From a virus (lineage: Duplodnaviria > Heunggongvirae > Uroviricota > Caudoviricetes): a stretch of 5,457 nt of DNA. Under the pieces are notes generated by a model, which was given only the letters and a program-made list of their open reading frames with translations, did no database searches and was not told the origin of the DNA. Below are positions 5,163 through 5,457 of the stretch, one piece after another. Every line of letters begins with the position of its first letter. Position 1 is the stretch's first letter. Location of the stretch: IMG/VR virus record IMGVR_UViG_2778261154_000004; one strand, given 5' to 3'. Position numbers and translations under genes: made by a program.

Positions 5163-5457
5163 TGTCGCCATCATTACGCAAGGCTGTTGCAGTTGCTATT
5201 GGTGGCGGGGCTGTTGCTATAGCATCTGTGTTAATCACTGGCCCAGGTGGTAACGATGGTCTGGAAGGTGTCAGCTACATACCATACAAAGATATCATTG
5301 GTGTATGGACTGTATGTCACGGACACACCGGAAAAGACATCATGCCTGGTAAAACGTATACCGAAGCAGAATGCAAAGCTCTCCTGAATAAAGACCTTGC
5401 CACTGTCGCCAGACAAATTAACCCGTACATCAAAGTCGATATACCGGAAACAACGCG
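5162..5457 (+). CDS. R: SAR endolysin (phage 21 R-type lysozyme, T4-lysozyme-like), 3' end truncated by the window
   Basis: Start overlaps the holin stop (TAATG). Translation [59 protein letters not shown]... has a Gly/Ala-rich signal-anchor-release segment then the lysozyme catalytic region. Runs to the window end with no stop. Confidence 0.9.
   Translation, partial: MSPSLRKAVAVAIGGGAVAIASVLITGPGGNDGLEGVSYIPYKDIIGVWTVCHGHTGKDIMPGKTYTEAECKALLNKDLATVARQINPYIKVDIPETT

Noticed and set aside
5231-5416. Minus-strand 61-aa ORF
   Set aside because: Antisense within the endolysin gene.
1-5457. CRISPR array, insertion sequence or integrase
   Set aside because: No regularly spaced direct repeats, no terminal inverted repeats flanking a transposase-like ORF, and no recombinase-like ORF were seen.

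Overview
This window reads as a lambdoid (lambda-like) phage or prophage segment running rightward from the 'nin' region through late control into the lysis cassette. The order I can support is: NinD-like and NinE small proteins; a leftward-transcribed toxin-antitoxin-like pair (RelE/HigB/Gp49-like toxin plus XRE-HTH antitoxin) inserted against the operon direction; a compact promoter-hairpin-terminator unit that looks like a small RNA or leader; an ORF6N (Roi-like) antirepressor-type gene; a Rha/KilAC antirepressor-type gene; a Cys-rich DUF1364 (YbcO-like) gene; RusA resolvase; NinH-like HTH protein; a lambda-type antiterminator Q with its pR' promoter and qut-like site; a tR'-like terminator; two tRNA genes (Asn-GUU-like and Thr-UGU); and a phage-21-type dual-start pinholin followed by a SAR endolysin that runs off the window end. 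No CRISPR array, transposase or rRNA is visible. All protein family calls are from reading motifs and recalled homologues, not from a database search. The most likely candidates for something beyond the ordinary backbone are the leftward toxin/antitoxin module with the adjacent sRNA-like unit (about 531-1316) and the tRNA pair sitting at the late-region cargo site between tR' and the holin. Neither is proven novel; the toxin/antitoxin family itself is known.
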